DNA of 64,000 bases, taken from the NCBI GenBank assembly GCA_050273025.1, contig CP158635.1, positions 16,616,001 to 16,680,000 on the forward strand. The letters run 5' to 3'. Below the pieces are notes generated by a model, which was not told the DNA's origin, did not search any database, and saw nothing but the letters and a program-made list of their open reading frames with translations. The translations under genes were made by a program, and so were the position numbers. The DNA comes from Cenococcum geophilum (taxonomy: Eukaryota). Positions 28,030 through 40,997 of the stretch are shown here, in pieces (positions within the stretch are counted from its first letter, which is position 1; each line of letters opens with the position of its first letter).

Positions 28030-28893
28030 TAATAAATCATAGGTACCCTCGTCTCGCTCTCTAGTAAGGAGGCTGTGGTAATGTAGCTATACTTCTATCC
28101 TTAACTTCTTACTAGCTTTATAGTCGTGATCTTTAGAACACTAGTAATATAAATCTTGAAACTACGTGTATGCTATAAGTAAAGCCCGGGAATTTAGCTT
28201 AACCTAGCACTTACCAACTCTTTTTATTTGTTCGCGGCGTAGTAGGTTTATAATAGCCTTTTCCTATTTTGGGTGAAGTCGCGAGCCGAAACGAAGTGGC
28301 TTAAAGTTCTCTTTACGAAGAATGATGCCTTCTTTAAGTAATAGTTAAATAAAAGTAATCTTAACCGGGTTATATATAGCTGCCTTTTGTGTAAAGGGGT
28401 CTGGTCGTGCTCTAGTATCCTATAGTATATATATAATCTCTTTTTGGCCATAGGAAATGGCTGCGTTCAGTGGGATACGTCTATTAGTAGGCTTGACTTC
28501 GGCCCCATACTTGAGCAATAGTTTGACGATTTCTACGTTGCTTCTCCACGAAAGTTCTAAGAGCACGCTTTCGCCTTCTCTTAGCGCGTTAATGGGCGCG
28601 CCCCGTTCCAGTAGCAGGCGAACTACATCTACATAGCCTTCCTCCGCGGCCAATAGCAAGGGCTTGATAAGGTTGTTGACGTTAATAAACGGAACAGCCT
28701 TCTAAGCGGTGCTAGCCTACCTAAACTTCGCTGCCTAGTATATTGTGGAGCTGCTGTCGCGTTTATAAAGCTCATTATTTAATATACGGTAGAAGTGACG
28801 ACCTGTAATAACAAGAGCATTAACGTCGCATACGCGTTTAAGATACTCCGCTATTATGAGAATTAATTCGATGGTTAGATAAAGTATAGACAT
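28030..28893 (-). pseudogene. F-box-like plus ankyrin-repeat protein, RIP-inactivated
   Basis: N-terminal MSILYLTIELILIIAEYL...DVNAL...LY is F-box-like. Ankyrin repeats follow: PLLLAAEEGYVDVVRLLLERGAPIN, NVEIVKLLLKYGAEV and PLNAAISYGQKEII. Confidence 0.82.
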
Positions 28894-30351
28894 TTTTAAT
28901 AGTTAAGAGTGCTTTTTAAGGAATGGCAGGAGTGGGCTAGTTTTCCCCTCCTTTTAAGTCCTTAGAGTGTTAAGCTAAAGTTAGAACATTCGGTTGTTAG
29001 CGGCGTTATATACTGTTTTAGCCAACAATATCTAAACGCTTGTAATGGTTTATAGATAATTTCCCTTTAAGCGATAATTGTATACACGCTTACTTTAATA
29101 ATACTATTTATTTATATAATATACTCTCTTATATATATAAGAGATAAAGATTAAAACTAGCACCTAGCAGAAGATAGAGGGCTAAGGTATTGGTGGATAA
29201 AAGCTACTATTCCGAGCCATAGTTGCTTTCCTCCTCCTTATACTTTAGGTATACTCTATTCTCCTAATAGCATCTATTATAAAAGCTGTACTTTTAGTAG
29301 TCTACTATTAGTACTAACTCCCCTAACAAATACCCTCCCTTATACACCACGCATTTCTTTATTATTTTCGGGTAATGCTTTAGAAATCTCTTAACCTTAA
29401 CGTATTTCTTAAAAATCCTATCCGGCCATTAACATTCTAACTCTTTTTAATAGTCTTTAATCCTTCTTAGCATCTCTACCTTTTCCTTCGGTGCTAAACG
29501 CTTTAGCACCTACTTTTGTACTCTTTCTCTAATTAATATCATTATATATCCTGCTCTTTGCTACTTTATTCCCATAATATAATCTGCCGCATCTTAAGTA
29601 TCAATATTCTTAAAGATATTTATAATTAAATTATCCTCGCCGATTATTATAAACTTTTTAATGACTTTTCTATCTAAACTGTAGTAAATCACCCGGAGGT
29701 TCCACCTAGGCAATTCCTCTATTACCTCCACGGCCTTAATATATTTAGAAACTTTATTCGCAAGATTAAAAAGGCTAAAACTTATTTTAACCGTTAAAGA
29801 TACTAAAATTTAGCTTAGTGTAAATTTTAGAGTAATAACCAAACTAAATCTTATAGATTTGAGTTTGGGAGGCGATCTAGTAACTAAGGGATCCTTATAC
29901 GCGATGGGGACCGGGATAGATACGAAGGTAAAACGATAGAAATTACTTTTGTTTACCTTAAGGAGCTTACTAGATAGGTATAGAGGGCTGATAAGATATT
30001 TAGGGTTAATGGTATAGAAGAACAGAGCGATTTATACTCACGCTAATTGGATATAAAATGGCGAATTAGCCTATATAGGTAACTTATATTTAGACTAGAG
30101 GATTAGAGTGGATTTAACGCCAGTTTAAATAGATTACTAGAAGAATATGTTCACTAAGAGCACGGGAGCTTATTGACTTTAAACTTAACCTTTTAATAAC
30201 TAGGGGGGAACAAACGGATAACTTTTAGGGATGAAAAGGTCCGCCCTTAGGAAAAATAGGCCTGTAAGAAAGAATCTGTCTATATAAAGGAGCTAGTTAA
30301 GGAGAAAAAGTTAGTAGTGTAGGGTTGCTACAGTTTTGGGTGCCCTATTAG

Positions 30352-30851
30352 ATATTGTAGTTTTCTTATCTACTGCAACTTACTTCCGGATAAGAGCCTC
30401 CTATATTAAAATGTCGTCTTTATATACAAATTCGAATATAAATTGTATATAATTGTATGCGCAGTACTTTTTTTACTTAAAATATATAAAACTCTATTTC
30501 TTACTAGCCTCTCTATTACTAAGTCTTAATAGGTATCGCCTGCTTAAATTATAATCCTATTGAGCTAAAAGGACGGTGTAATGAGGGCGTAATAGGTAAA
30601 TACCGTACTTAATTATCCGACGAGCCTCCCCCCTTACTAGCTACACCCTGCCTAGCCGTAGTATAAGGCGACGCAGATCTACCGAATACAGTAGGAGGAA
30701 GCCTTAGGCTTATAGTAAAGAAATAGAGTTAATAAAGTATGCGTATATAATTATATTCGATTTATATTCGAATTTGTATATAAAGACGATATTTTAATAT
30801 GGGAGGCTCTTATATGGAAGCGAGTTGCAGTAGATAAGAAAACTATAATAT
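30352..30851. mobile_element. ~500-bp non-autonomous element with ~110-bp terminal inverted repeats
   Basis: 30352-~30465 is the reverse complement of ~30735-30851 (ATATTGTAGTTTTCTTATCTACTGCAAC... / ...GTTGCAGTAGATAAGAAAACTATAATAT). A TA TSD is possible. Confidence 0.8.
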
Positions 30852-33549
30852 TACCACTATACCTTATTTTAATGTCCCTTAAATTTCTTAGGCAATATAA
30901 TCCTAGAAATTTTAAGATTTGGGTGAAGTTTTCTATTTTATTGGATACCTCTTAGGGATAGCTATAGTTGTTAGCGAAACCGGCCTCTGCCTTGGGGCGC
31001 TGTTGGAAGTTTTCCTTTACTCTTAACTAAGGTCCGCTAAACTAAATTTGGTTAAGTGTTATATGCCTAGCTATAGGCGCCTGAACCGGCCTTACTATTA
31101 GCAACGTGTCCTTTTTAAGAGCTTTAAATACGTCTAAGAATAGGATTAAACTCGTAACTTTTTATCTTTAGCCATATATAGCTGAACCTTGCTACCTCGT
31201 AGTATGATATAATTCGCTCCGCTCCTAAATTATAATCTTATTTCTCTCTTACCGGCGTTGGGAATTAAATGATGGGGTTATGTACTTACTATATAGCGGG
31301 GCGACAGCGTCTGCAATTCCGCCCAACTTAAAACCCTAATAACGTTAGATAGAAGAGTACCGTCCGCGCTTATACTTGCTGATTGCATTATATATACTAT
31401 ATTCTATTACAGTCTTACAAACTATAAAATCACTAACACTGGGAATGAATGTTACTCTAGTAATTATTCCGCCTACCCCCTAGAGTCCACTGCCCGCAAA
31501 CAGCTTAGATACCTGCGTTCTTTATTATATAACAACCTTTAAAGAATCTGCTCCGTTTATTAGCCTCGTAATGGAATTTTACTAACATTACCACTTCGTT
31601 ATATTTATATAGCAGCTATATATTATACTCGACATAAATAGATAGTTTAAGAGAATGGACTCCTATATATTATAAAGGTATTATAAAGAGATATTACAAA
31701 ACGCGTGTATTATTTATTACAGGAATAATAGGCACGGCTCTTTGTATGCTGGCGCCTATAAACAACTCCAATTTCCTATAACTGCATAGCGCTAGTATAT
31801 AACTCGGCCACTTAATCCTATGCTATTATTATTACCGACACCTAACATCGCCAACACTCTTATCTTCACTTGATTCGAACTAGTAGAATGTCGCACCAAC
31901 TAGATTCTGCGCTCTATTATACAGTGTAGCGAGGTATAGAACTGGTATGGAAGATATCTCTTTGTATCCCAAATATCCTTTTTCCTCCTAGCTACTTATA
32001 GGTTGTGTTTCCATTTATAACACTTAATCCTTAAAAAGTAAGATAGTTATATAACTAGGCCTTTAAAAGCCTAACGAGTTAAAGACGTACGAAATCCTCT
32101 ACTTTCTATCCTTTCTAATGTTAACACTTTTGGGTTATATGTTTGTCTTCTCTTCCAAGTTTCCTTTTTAAAGCCATTTCCAGTACATTAAGTAAAAGGT
32201 ATAAGGCAGTGGACTAATGCGAGAAGTGGTATAAAGCTGACAAGTTAAAGAGCATTAAAAAAGCTATTATTGGTCATTTAGTGCTCTGTCTAGGCATTGA
32301 AGAGGCGAAAATAAAAGCTAAACTCCATTAGGCTGGTTTTATCTTTTATTAAAATTTATAAGTTGCTTTATATAGGAGACTAAGCATCCTAACAGAACAT
32401 CCACAGAAAACCGATCCTAAAATTATATATAAGGCCACTACTGGCTTTACTATCGGCTGCTATAAAGATAAGGATAGCAAACCACAACTAAGGGATCCGT
32501 ATGGGTATTTACGAAGTTAAAACCTTAATAGTAGACTCTACAAAGCTTAGTGGCACTAGGCCGGGGCAGGCTCGATTTAATAATTGAGATTTTAAACTCT
32601 TGTTTGGTAGAAGGGGCAGGTAGACAGTATAAGAGTACATATTTTTTAATCTTCGGTAGTTAAGGAATGCCAATTCTCAACCTTTTATAGTATATTATAA
32701 AGTTGGGTTCTTGTACGGCTGGGATTTTGCCCCGCCCATAAGCAGATCTCTTGGCGGTTGCCTTAGCGGACATATCTTAATAAGTAGGGGTTGACTTTTT
32801 AAGGTTGGTAAATAGAGAAAGTATAAGTAGAGAAAGTGGGCTGTGGTTAGCGTTGGGACTAATAACGGTAATAAGCTTGGCGTTATGGCGAATAAGCACC
32901 GCCGTATTTACTAATATTACTAACCATAGGCCCTTCCATTGGTCTTGCGCGCTGAATTTGGCTATAATGATGAGCAAAGGTTGTTTAGTGTGGCGGGGTT
33001 GCTAAGTTAACTTAAGAGCACCGAAATTCCCTAACCCTAACTAGTTCTTACGACTGTTGAACTTCGCGATACAGCCCAACTTATAGCATAATATACCCCT
33101 ATATCTATGTCACAGACCCCTTTAAAAGAACATTAGTATATAACACCGTTTCTTAGCTCTAGAGCTGGGAGTTAATCCGCTTTTGAAGCGGGGTATTGTA
33201 GGGTACTTAAGCTGAATCTATTATACGTGGCTAGGACTTAGTCGGATTTTAATAATTATCCTATTCCTGTTCTAGTTGCTTATCACCTTATAACTTTATA
33301 CTATTTCTATTACCTTTTTATTACCTATTAGTAATGTTGATTAAGTAGCAATGAGGTAACAGTTTCAAATCGACGTTAGTGTTAACGTTAGTCTTTATTA
33401 CCTATCTAGTGTATATAGTAAGGCTCTAGAGCCTCTTATAATAAGGCAGAGTTATTATTCTTTTTTATCTTTTGGTCTTCCGATTAACAGCACGTCACGT
33501 TTCCTGTTATATATATGCAAGTTGCGGATTTTTATAACCTACTTACCCT

Positions 33550-34055
33550 ATGTCCTTTAGCAGAAAGTAGTAATGTTAAACTATAACTCGTTATAAGACA
33601 GAATTAACTATTACTTTAAAAACTTGGCTTTGCTAGGCTAGGTTTTCCTTACAGCAGGTGCTTCTAAATCACGATCTAATATTAAAGGGCTAACGAAAGG
33701 AAATAAACGTCTTGCACTACTTGGTGATGCCGTTCTACGCCTTTATATACTTGATAAATAGTACCCAAGCGGAATAGATATAGGTATAGACATAATAAGA
33801 TAGGTAATATGTTTCTAATAAAATATAGAAAGTGGAGATAAACTAGTGAGGGACATTGGTATAAACGAAAAATTATATAAAATAGCGAAGGATTGGAATC
33901 TAAGAACATATTTAAAGGAAAATCCCTTGTAAAAAGGCGAGGAGCTAAAGACTGCACTTACTTCAACGGTTAAAGCCATCCTTGGCGCTATATAGGTTAA
34001 TTCTAAAAGAAATTTTGGGGCAGTATACTATACTGTAAAGAAATTCCAGTCCTGA
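33550..34055 (+). pseudogene. Small stand-alone RNase III domain protein, RIP-inactivated
   Basis: RINYYFKNLALL, signature GNKRLALLGDAVLRL, one probable intron, and TLTSTVKAILGAI*VNS-type motif (=VEAILGAIW.DS). Confidence 0.85.
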
Positions 34056-34289
34056 ATAATTTGTGTAAGGTATTTTATTTTAATAATATAGTTAGTTAAA
34101 CGGCCGCTTAACCCGCCTCCTCTAGTAGAGTTGCTTATAAAGAGGTACTTTAGTGGGTTGTTTATAGCTAATGACCGCTAACTATTGGCGAACTGTATTT
34201 ATCCCAAATATACTTTACTAATTCCTAAATAGGACGAATATGACCTCCTATAATACTATAAGAAAAAGAAAAAAACTAAGAGTAACGGA

Positions 34290-36775
34290 CTATGGGGTAT
34301 AAGTTAGTAGAGAAGCGCCATGCTCTATAAATATATAGTTTTTAAAATGCTTATATTTAAAGAGCATTATTCCTGATAAGCGGTAATATGGGTCTAAACA
34401 TGGGATTGGTTTATTCTGTTTAAAAAAACGAAGATATTGCCTCTTAATATATTCCCTTGCTTTACGCGGGCGATAGAAAAGGGTATATACTCCCGGCTTA
34501 TAGGCGTAGAAGAGATACTGTTGATTTATAATCTTTATAGGGCCCGGTTTAGGTTTGACCGTTAGCTCTAGACTTGGCTCTAGAGTAGGAAGGATGCCCT
34601 AATCACGATTACGGATGACCTTGCGCTTAACTGTAGGTTTTAGTACCCGGTATAGATTAAGTAAGGCTTTGATTGCGTTAATTCAATATTGGAAATTTTC
34701 TTATGTTGTAAAATTAGCTAGACGTTTATATAAGAGCTGAATGACGCGTTTTTGTTTGGGACTATGCTCTACTGGTTCTAGTTTTTACTCTTCCTCGCGT
34801 AGACTAACAGCCGATAGCGCAAGCTGTCGCCTTAAATCTTTGGTCTCGATTTTATTAAAAAATTTAAGCTATATTTCCTTCCGTTTCCCCCTTTTTAAGG
34901 CCTTCTTTTATTTTTCTAATTCTAATGCAGCTTGTGTATATAATTTATACTCTTTACTCCTAAGTGCCTATATATTTTTAAGAGTACTATATAGTTCCCT
35001 AGTTTCTTTAGATAAGGCATCGCGCTGCTAATGGAGCTCTACAACAAGTAGATAAGTCTTAAGAGAATCATTTGTTATATCTGTAACCGCTTTAGGAGCC
35101 TATAGGTTAATGTCCTAACCAATATGCGTTAGGGACTTTATAAGTACGTTAGCAAAAGGGCGGCCGAGAAAAGCAGCCTAAACGTTATATAAAATCCGCT
35201 CATTTATATAAGCCTAATAGACACCAGTATCTTTGTGACCTATAACCTGTTATAATTGAGCTTAGGTTACTATAGCGTTAACTGCTTTACCTATTCCTCG
35301 CCAAATATTATAGGGATTGAAGATTTGCATTATTCCGGCTATAAAGCCTAGCCGCTAAATATAGTAGAGGAAAGTATGGTAGGGTATAGGCTTATCTGAA
35401 GTTCCAATCCTATCTGCTGTTGTAATTGCTTGCCGAAATATTGGTTTATTTTCCCAGCTTTTCTTCTATCTTAAACGCGAGGTCGTTTGATGCGGGTTAA
35501 CTTAAACTATAAAAACCTGCTTAATAGTCTGGAATTTAAGTTTAAAGGCATTATCGAGAATTCCTAGGATAATTATATAAATTATTAGATTGAAGATTAG
35601 GTCGTTAACCTTGTAAAGACAAAATATCTTACTATATCCAATTTAGCATTCATTAAAGAGAAACTTGTTATATATGCCTTACCGTTTAGAATTCCGTCTA
35701 TACCCTTTAATAAATCGTAAATTAATCTCCATAGTAATAAGGTCCCGTTTAGCCCCCAGCTCTCGAATAAGGATAAGTATAACATATTTATAACACAAAG
35801 TGTTAATGGGTTCGTCCTTTTCCTCGGATCCTTCGCTAATTCCGTTATATTGGTTATCCATTTCACTATTATCTTCGTCTTTACCATTGTTATCCCTATC
35901 TCCATCGTTAATTTCGTCATCACTTATGCCATCTCCTACTCCCCTATCCTCATTATAGGTCTTAAGAGCGCATTAGGTTACCACTTTTGCATTTCTCTTT
36001 ATATAGACTAATACGCCTGGCCGAGATACTATATATGTATAGATAAGTATCAAAAATGCAAGTTGTAGACTCTGTCGCCCGTCTGGAAATGTAGAGGTAT
36101 TATAAGCCCAGTGATGATGTAAAACCCGAAAAATATCGTCAACATTTATTACTGGCTTTTCCTTGGTGGATGTGTTAAGCCTATTATTCTTAGTTAATGG
36201 TCCGTTGATATACTATAATAGTTAGCGGGATTTTATAAATATTTGAAGTGATTTCCATACGTTATTAATTTCTTTATTAACGTCTTTAGGCTAATCCTTC
36301 TTAGCATATTTTCGATAGAGCTGTCGCTAGTGTTTATATTTCTAATAAATACTAGTCCTTTTCCGTAATAGATAATTATCTACAATCCACTGAAGAAAAA
36401 TTTTAACGTTATGGTTTAAGGCATTCTTAAGAAGTTAAGTAGGGTGTTTTTTTGTATTCTCGCAGAACCTAAATAATAAGCTATAGAATTGCATTTTAGA
36501 TAAGAGCACTCTTACCTTAACCATCGTGTTGAAATTTTGTTTATATTATTCTTCGTTGCTAGTGAATGATTTTTCTTTATAAGACCTATCTTCTTGAATT
36601 CTTCGCGGAGTTTTTTATAATGCTCAGCCGAATATTTTGGCTGCGCTAGTGGCTTACGTCGTTAGATAGGCGGACGTTTAGGTATCCGTCTAGGTTTCTG
36701 CCTAAGTTTATGCCCATACTTACGCCTAGGTTTATGCCTTAGGCTTTCCTTTGGCTTGTTATGTGGGAAGGGCAT
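34290..36775 (-). pseudogene. DUF3435 tyrosine recombinase (Starship captain), RIP-inactivated
   Basis: Motifs KEKPVINVDD, HHHWAYNTSTFPDGRQSLQLAFL, SRPG, LCYKYV, INLRFIKG, PIFRQ, NIWRGIGKAVN (=RRG), QVIGH, Y*AY and V*AAFLGRP. There is a degenerate C-terminal zinc finger (FYRPRK...PCLDP...HFKN). Introns near the 5' end. Confidence 0.92.
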
Positions 36776-37299
36776 GTATTGATTTGGTTCCTGAAAAAGA
36801 GGGTATTGCTATAGCAATAGGGCGGGCGCGGAGTCCAACTTGTGAATTAAGGCGAGGCAGAGTAACAGGGTAAGTCGGGTAATAGCATAGAATTGTTAAT
36901 ACGATTAGCAAAATGGCGGAGAATATTAAGTAGGTATAGGAAAAGAACTAAAGTATGGGAAGAGAAAGAAGAGTGAACTAATGTGGTTGGTTAATAGAAG
37001 TAATGCCGAGTAGAAGGCTGTAGCGGGCGTGTTAAGCTTTATAGATGTCTAGGGGACGTTGAAAGCTAGGGAGGTCTATTATGACCGACTATAAGTCAGT
37101 AGGATGATAGATGACCCACTTTTTAGAATATAGGGCCGTCCTGGTAATAGGTGATTAAATATAGAAGTACACAGTTAGAAGTTTTGATGGGGGAGAGACA
37201 CTTCGCTTAGGCCTTAGCGCCTGGGACAAGCGCTGCTTAAAACAGCGAGCAAACCATCTGAAAATGGACGTCAGTGTCCCTAGACATAGAGTTATACTA

Positions 37300-38771
37300 G
37301 TAATAAGCAGCGCCTAGGAATTGACTATGGCAACACGTTCGCAAGCGTTGTTTAACCTAGTATATTTAAGCTACTAATAGCCCTAGTTGCCGTATATAAT
37401 CTAGAGTGCGAGTACTTAGATATAATTACGGCCTTCCTTAATAGGAAGCTTGACCGCAAGAATATCTATATTTAGCTGCTAAAAGGATACCGTTAGTATT
37501 AGAAGGACGGCGTTGCTCTTATAGGCCTACTACTTAAGGCTCTCTACGGTCTTAAGTAGGCCCTATGTCTTTGGTATAAGGAGCTTAAGAGCTTCTTTAT
37601 TACCCTTAAATATATGCCAATTCCAGCTAACCTATGCGTCTTCGTTAGTTAGTAAAGTGGCCAAATTATTATTATTTATGTTGATGATTTTATCTTGATT
37701 GGACGAGATATACGGATAATTAAACTCCTTAAAGAGGCACTTAGGAATAAGTACAAAGTAAGAGACTTAGGCCTAATTGCGTACTACCTAGGTATTCGAA
37801 TTATAAGGAACCGCTAGGCGCGATTAATTCGACTAGTATAGGACGCCTATATTAGGAAGATCCTATATACGTTCTATATAGAAGACTGCGCACCAGCCTC
37901 TATACTAATCTACCTATTTACGGTAGACTTTAAGCCACGCGAGCTTAAGGATTAAGCTCCGCCAGAGCTAGTAAAACGGTACTAATCGCTAATAGGCTCT
38001 CTATTGTATCTATATAATTAGACTTGGCCCGATATAGCCTAGGCTGTAGGGAAGCTCTGTTAGTTCCTATATAACCCTACCGAACTATATATAGACGCCG
38101 CGATATAGATACTCGCCTATTATATAGGGACGATTAACTTAGGTATAGAGTTTGGCTTACCCTAAGGGCAGCAGCTACCTCTAAAAGCCTTTGTTAAGGC
38201 GTTAGCTACGGACTATATTACCCCTAATTATAATAGGGAGTATAGCGGAAGCGTACTAGGTGATATACCTGACCTATAACTACACGGCTATAGTAATGCA
38301 GTGTTTGTAGATGCGGTTAATAGGAAGTTAACTTCTGGCTATATTTATAAGCTAGCGGGTGGCCTAGTTTTATATAAGTTAAGTAAGCAGTTAATTCTTA
38401 CAACCTCTACTATAGAGGCTGAGTACGTAGCGATAACGCATGCGGCTAAGGAGGCCTTATGGCTCTATCGATTGTTTATTAATTTGGGCTATACTAGAAA
38501 GGATCTACTACCAATATATCTGTATAGTGATAATTAACTAGCTATAAGCCTTGCTAAAAGCAACAACTACTACACGCGTATTAAGTACTTTAAGCTATAC
38601 TGGTACTATATTCGTAACAAGGTTTAAAGTGGCGTGATCTACCTATAGCACGTTCCTACGGGCAGTATAGTAGTAGACGGTCTTATAAAGCCACTGTTGA
38701 TGATTTAGTTTAGGAACTTTGTTAAGCAGCTAGGCCTTATTCAATGCGATATAGATATTAAACCTAAGTAG
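37300..38771 (+). mobile_element. Ty1/copia RT-RNase H region, 5'-truncated, RIP-mutated
   Basis: NKQRLGIDYGNTFASV, LDIITAFLN, LKALYGLK*A, IYVDDFIL, YYLGIRI, STIEAEYVA and VDGLIKPL. Confidence 0.93.
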
Positions 38772-39020
38772 GAAATTGTATATAGGTCGGCAAAACCTTA
38801 GAGGGTACGCTATTTAACGACTCTGACTAATACTAATGACTTTTAAATGGGGGATGGGAACGATATAGAGCTTATAATAGGTGATTGATTATAGCTTAGG
38901 GAGAGGTTAAATAGGACCTATAATACACTCGGAGGATTATAAGGTGTTTCTTTTATATATAAATAAGTTTAACACTAATTTAGGAAGGGTTTGCTTCTGT
39001 TTTAGTGGAGCACTGGGGGG

Positions 39021-39177
39021 TGTAATAATGGTACTGGAGGAGTCCTCTATATGCGTTTTCTGCTTATATAAGCAGAGTCCCTTCTTGTTCGGTCTCTGTA
39101 GCAACTACTTCAGTATCTGTAGTAGTTACTCTGGACCCTGTAGATATAGACCTATATTAAGGCCTATATTCCTTATA
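39021..39177 (+). repeat. Putative 3' LTR of the copia element
   Basis: A GGGGGG purine tract lies immediately before TGTAAT. The segment ends TTATA (RIP form of TTACA) and contains an internal TATATAA. Confidence 0.6.
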
Positions 39178-40248
39178 GTTAGATTCTATAGATTTATTCA
39201 TTTATTTATCCTTAGATTTAGTTCATTAATTACCAATTTGGAGGGATTCTCCTTGTTTCCTAGTTTCTGGTTTAGGGGTCGTTCGGTTGCAAAAGCGTTA
39301 GATTGAATCTGGAATAAGAACTCTGTTGATTAAATCTGGCTCTAGAAGCTCTCTATATAAGTGAGGTTGGTGTAGGCAATAGAGATATATAATAGGCAAC
39401 TAAAACAAAATAGGTAATAAGAACTGAGTGGTGAGACATAGAGTACTAAGTATTAAAGACAGTAGTAAGACGGTAGTGAGGAAATTTGATTCAGGTCAAC
39501 ACATTTACTAGCGCTCAGCCATCGCCGTCAAGCTTTGACGCCAGATGAAATTGATGCCACCATCCATTGCGGCCAAAGACCGTGAGGGTGCACGATAGAC
39601 TTCAGAACGGGAAGGCCCCAGGTCATTATGGCTCTCTGTGATTCACTGACTAAAGGAGGAAATATGGAAGGCAGGATCTCCGTAATCCCGCTAGATATTT
39701 GTCTTTGAAATGGTATTGAACTTCGAGTGCCATGTCGTATAACGCAATTAGTTTGTCGTGGAGGAAGGTTAGACCACCTTTGGAATACTCATCACCTGGT
39801 ACCAGAACTCGTAGAGGGCCAGACCCGGTTGTTCTTCACCGTCTTTTCCGGTAGAGATTACCGCATCCAGAACTAGAGGTAAGATGTCGAAGTGCCATGG
39901 GTCAGTGGAGATTCTTCTGTTTTATAATGCCATGATTGAGCTGTTTCATTGGCGTAGAATTGCTTCTCATCAGTGGCGTCCCACTTTGTTGGAAAACAAG
40001 CCCGCAACAATATCACGTGATGAGACTTGTGGGAGAAAGCTCTTGGCAGGAATCTGACCAATCAGACAACTTCGACCGGTGGTCGAAGTTCCTTGAAATC
40101 TCTTCAACCTTATCTCATGAATCAGACGCTCCGTAGTAGAATTTTGACCGAACTCAGTTAGATCAGCACGTGCACGGTTACGGGGCAGGCACTCCAGAAA
40201 ATCGCTTATATCTGCTCCCTATATTTTAAAATTCTTCAACGGAGCGTT

Positions 40249-40906
40249 TGAGAGCTTATGGGCGTCGCTTTGGTGAGAAATGAATATTTTAAAAATCAAA
40301 TTTTGTGTATTTCTACGAGCGACGTCCTAACCACGAGATTTATTATATATTTTATTGATGTAATAGATTCTTTAGGTAATCGTATCTATATATTTATAAA
40401 TTATAACCCCCTACTAAGAATACTAGGGGGCGAGATACATCGTCGCAGAACGTAAGTTAGATCCCTAAAATGAATGTTTATAGATTTTAACGAAAACTAA
40501 CCGACTACCTATATCTAACTTCCCATAAAATAAAGCTACAATATTGCTATAATATAGAGGCGATAGAGAAAATAGAGAGCTTTTAGCTTATAGTATTTTA
40601 GAAACGATTAGACGTAGAGAAGTACGTAAGGTATGGCAGTGAGGCAAGATTGCGACTAAATTATAACCAAATTGCGACAAAATACTGACCACAAATGCGA
40701 CCGACTGCCCATATCTAATATTTTATATAATATAGCTACGACGTCGTTTTTTGATGTAATAGGTAGAGAAGCTAAAGAGCTCCTACCTTATAGTATTTTT
40801 ATAATAAATAGACGTTGTAAAATAGTTAAGATACAGCAGTGAAAAAGGTGATTTTTGCAGCATTTTAACGCTGCATTCTCACCAAAGCGACGCCCATAAG
40901 CTCTCA
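40249..40906. mobile_element. ~660-bp non-autonomous TIR element
   Basis: Perfect 31-bp inverted repeats TGAGAGCTTATGGGCGTCGCTTTGGTGAGAA (40249-40279 / 40876-40906) enclose an AT-rich, RIP-like interior. No TSD found. Confidence 0.8.
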
Positions 40907-40997
40907 GACCCTCGGGGGAGAATTTCGTTGGTTAATAAGGAGCAGTATGCCCGCCCGTGCGCGTAGTGCACGTACCAACGCTCCCCCGAGGGTCTGA
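40904..40997. repeat. GC-rich fold-back
   Basis: Perfect 17-bp arms TCAGACCCTCGGGGGAG / CTCCCCCGAGGGTCTGA, plus an inner CGTTGGT/ACCAACG stem. Confidence 0.8.

Larger units (their letters stand above)
1..37299 (-). mobile_element. RIP-degraded Starship giant transposon; 5' end ~37299, 3' end probably left of the window
   Basis: The DUF3435 captain is the first gene, ~520 bp inside a sharp junction with a copia RT frame. The typical Starship auxiliary genes DUF3723 and patatin-like phospholipase lie at the distal end, with cargo pseudogenes between. Confidence 0.8.
1..39500. other. RIP-mutated AT-rich block
   Basis: TpA is strongly enriched and CpA/TpG depleted. Recognisable protein motifs carry TAA/TAG where Gln/Trp codons are expected. 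There are almost no long ORFs. The switch to GC-balanced DNA near 39500 is abrupt. Confidence 0.9.

Noticed and set aside
39500..40240. GC-balanced coding-like segment on the minus strand
   Set aside because: There are stops in the frames I examined and no recognisable motif.
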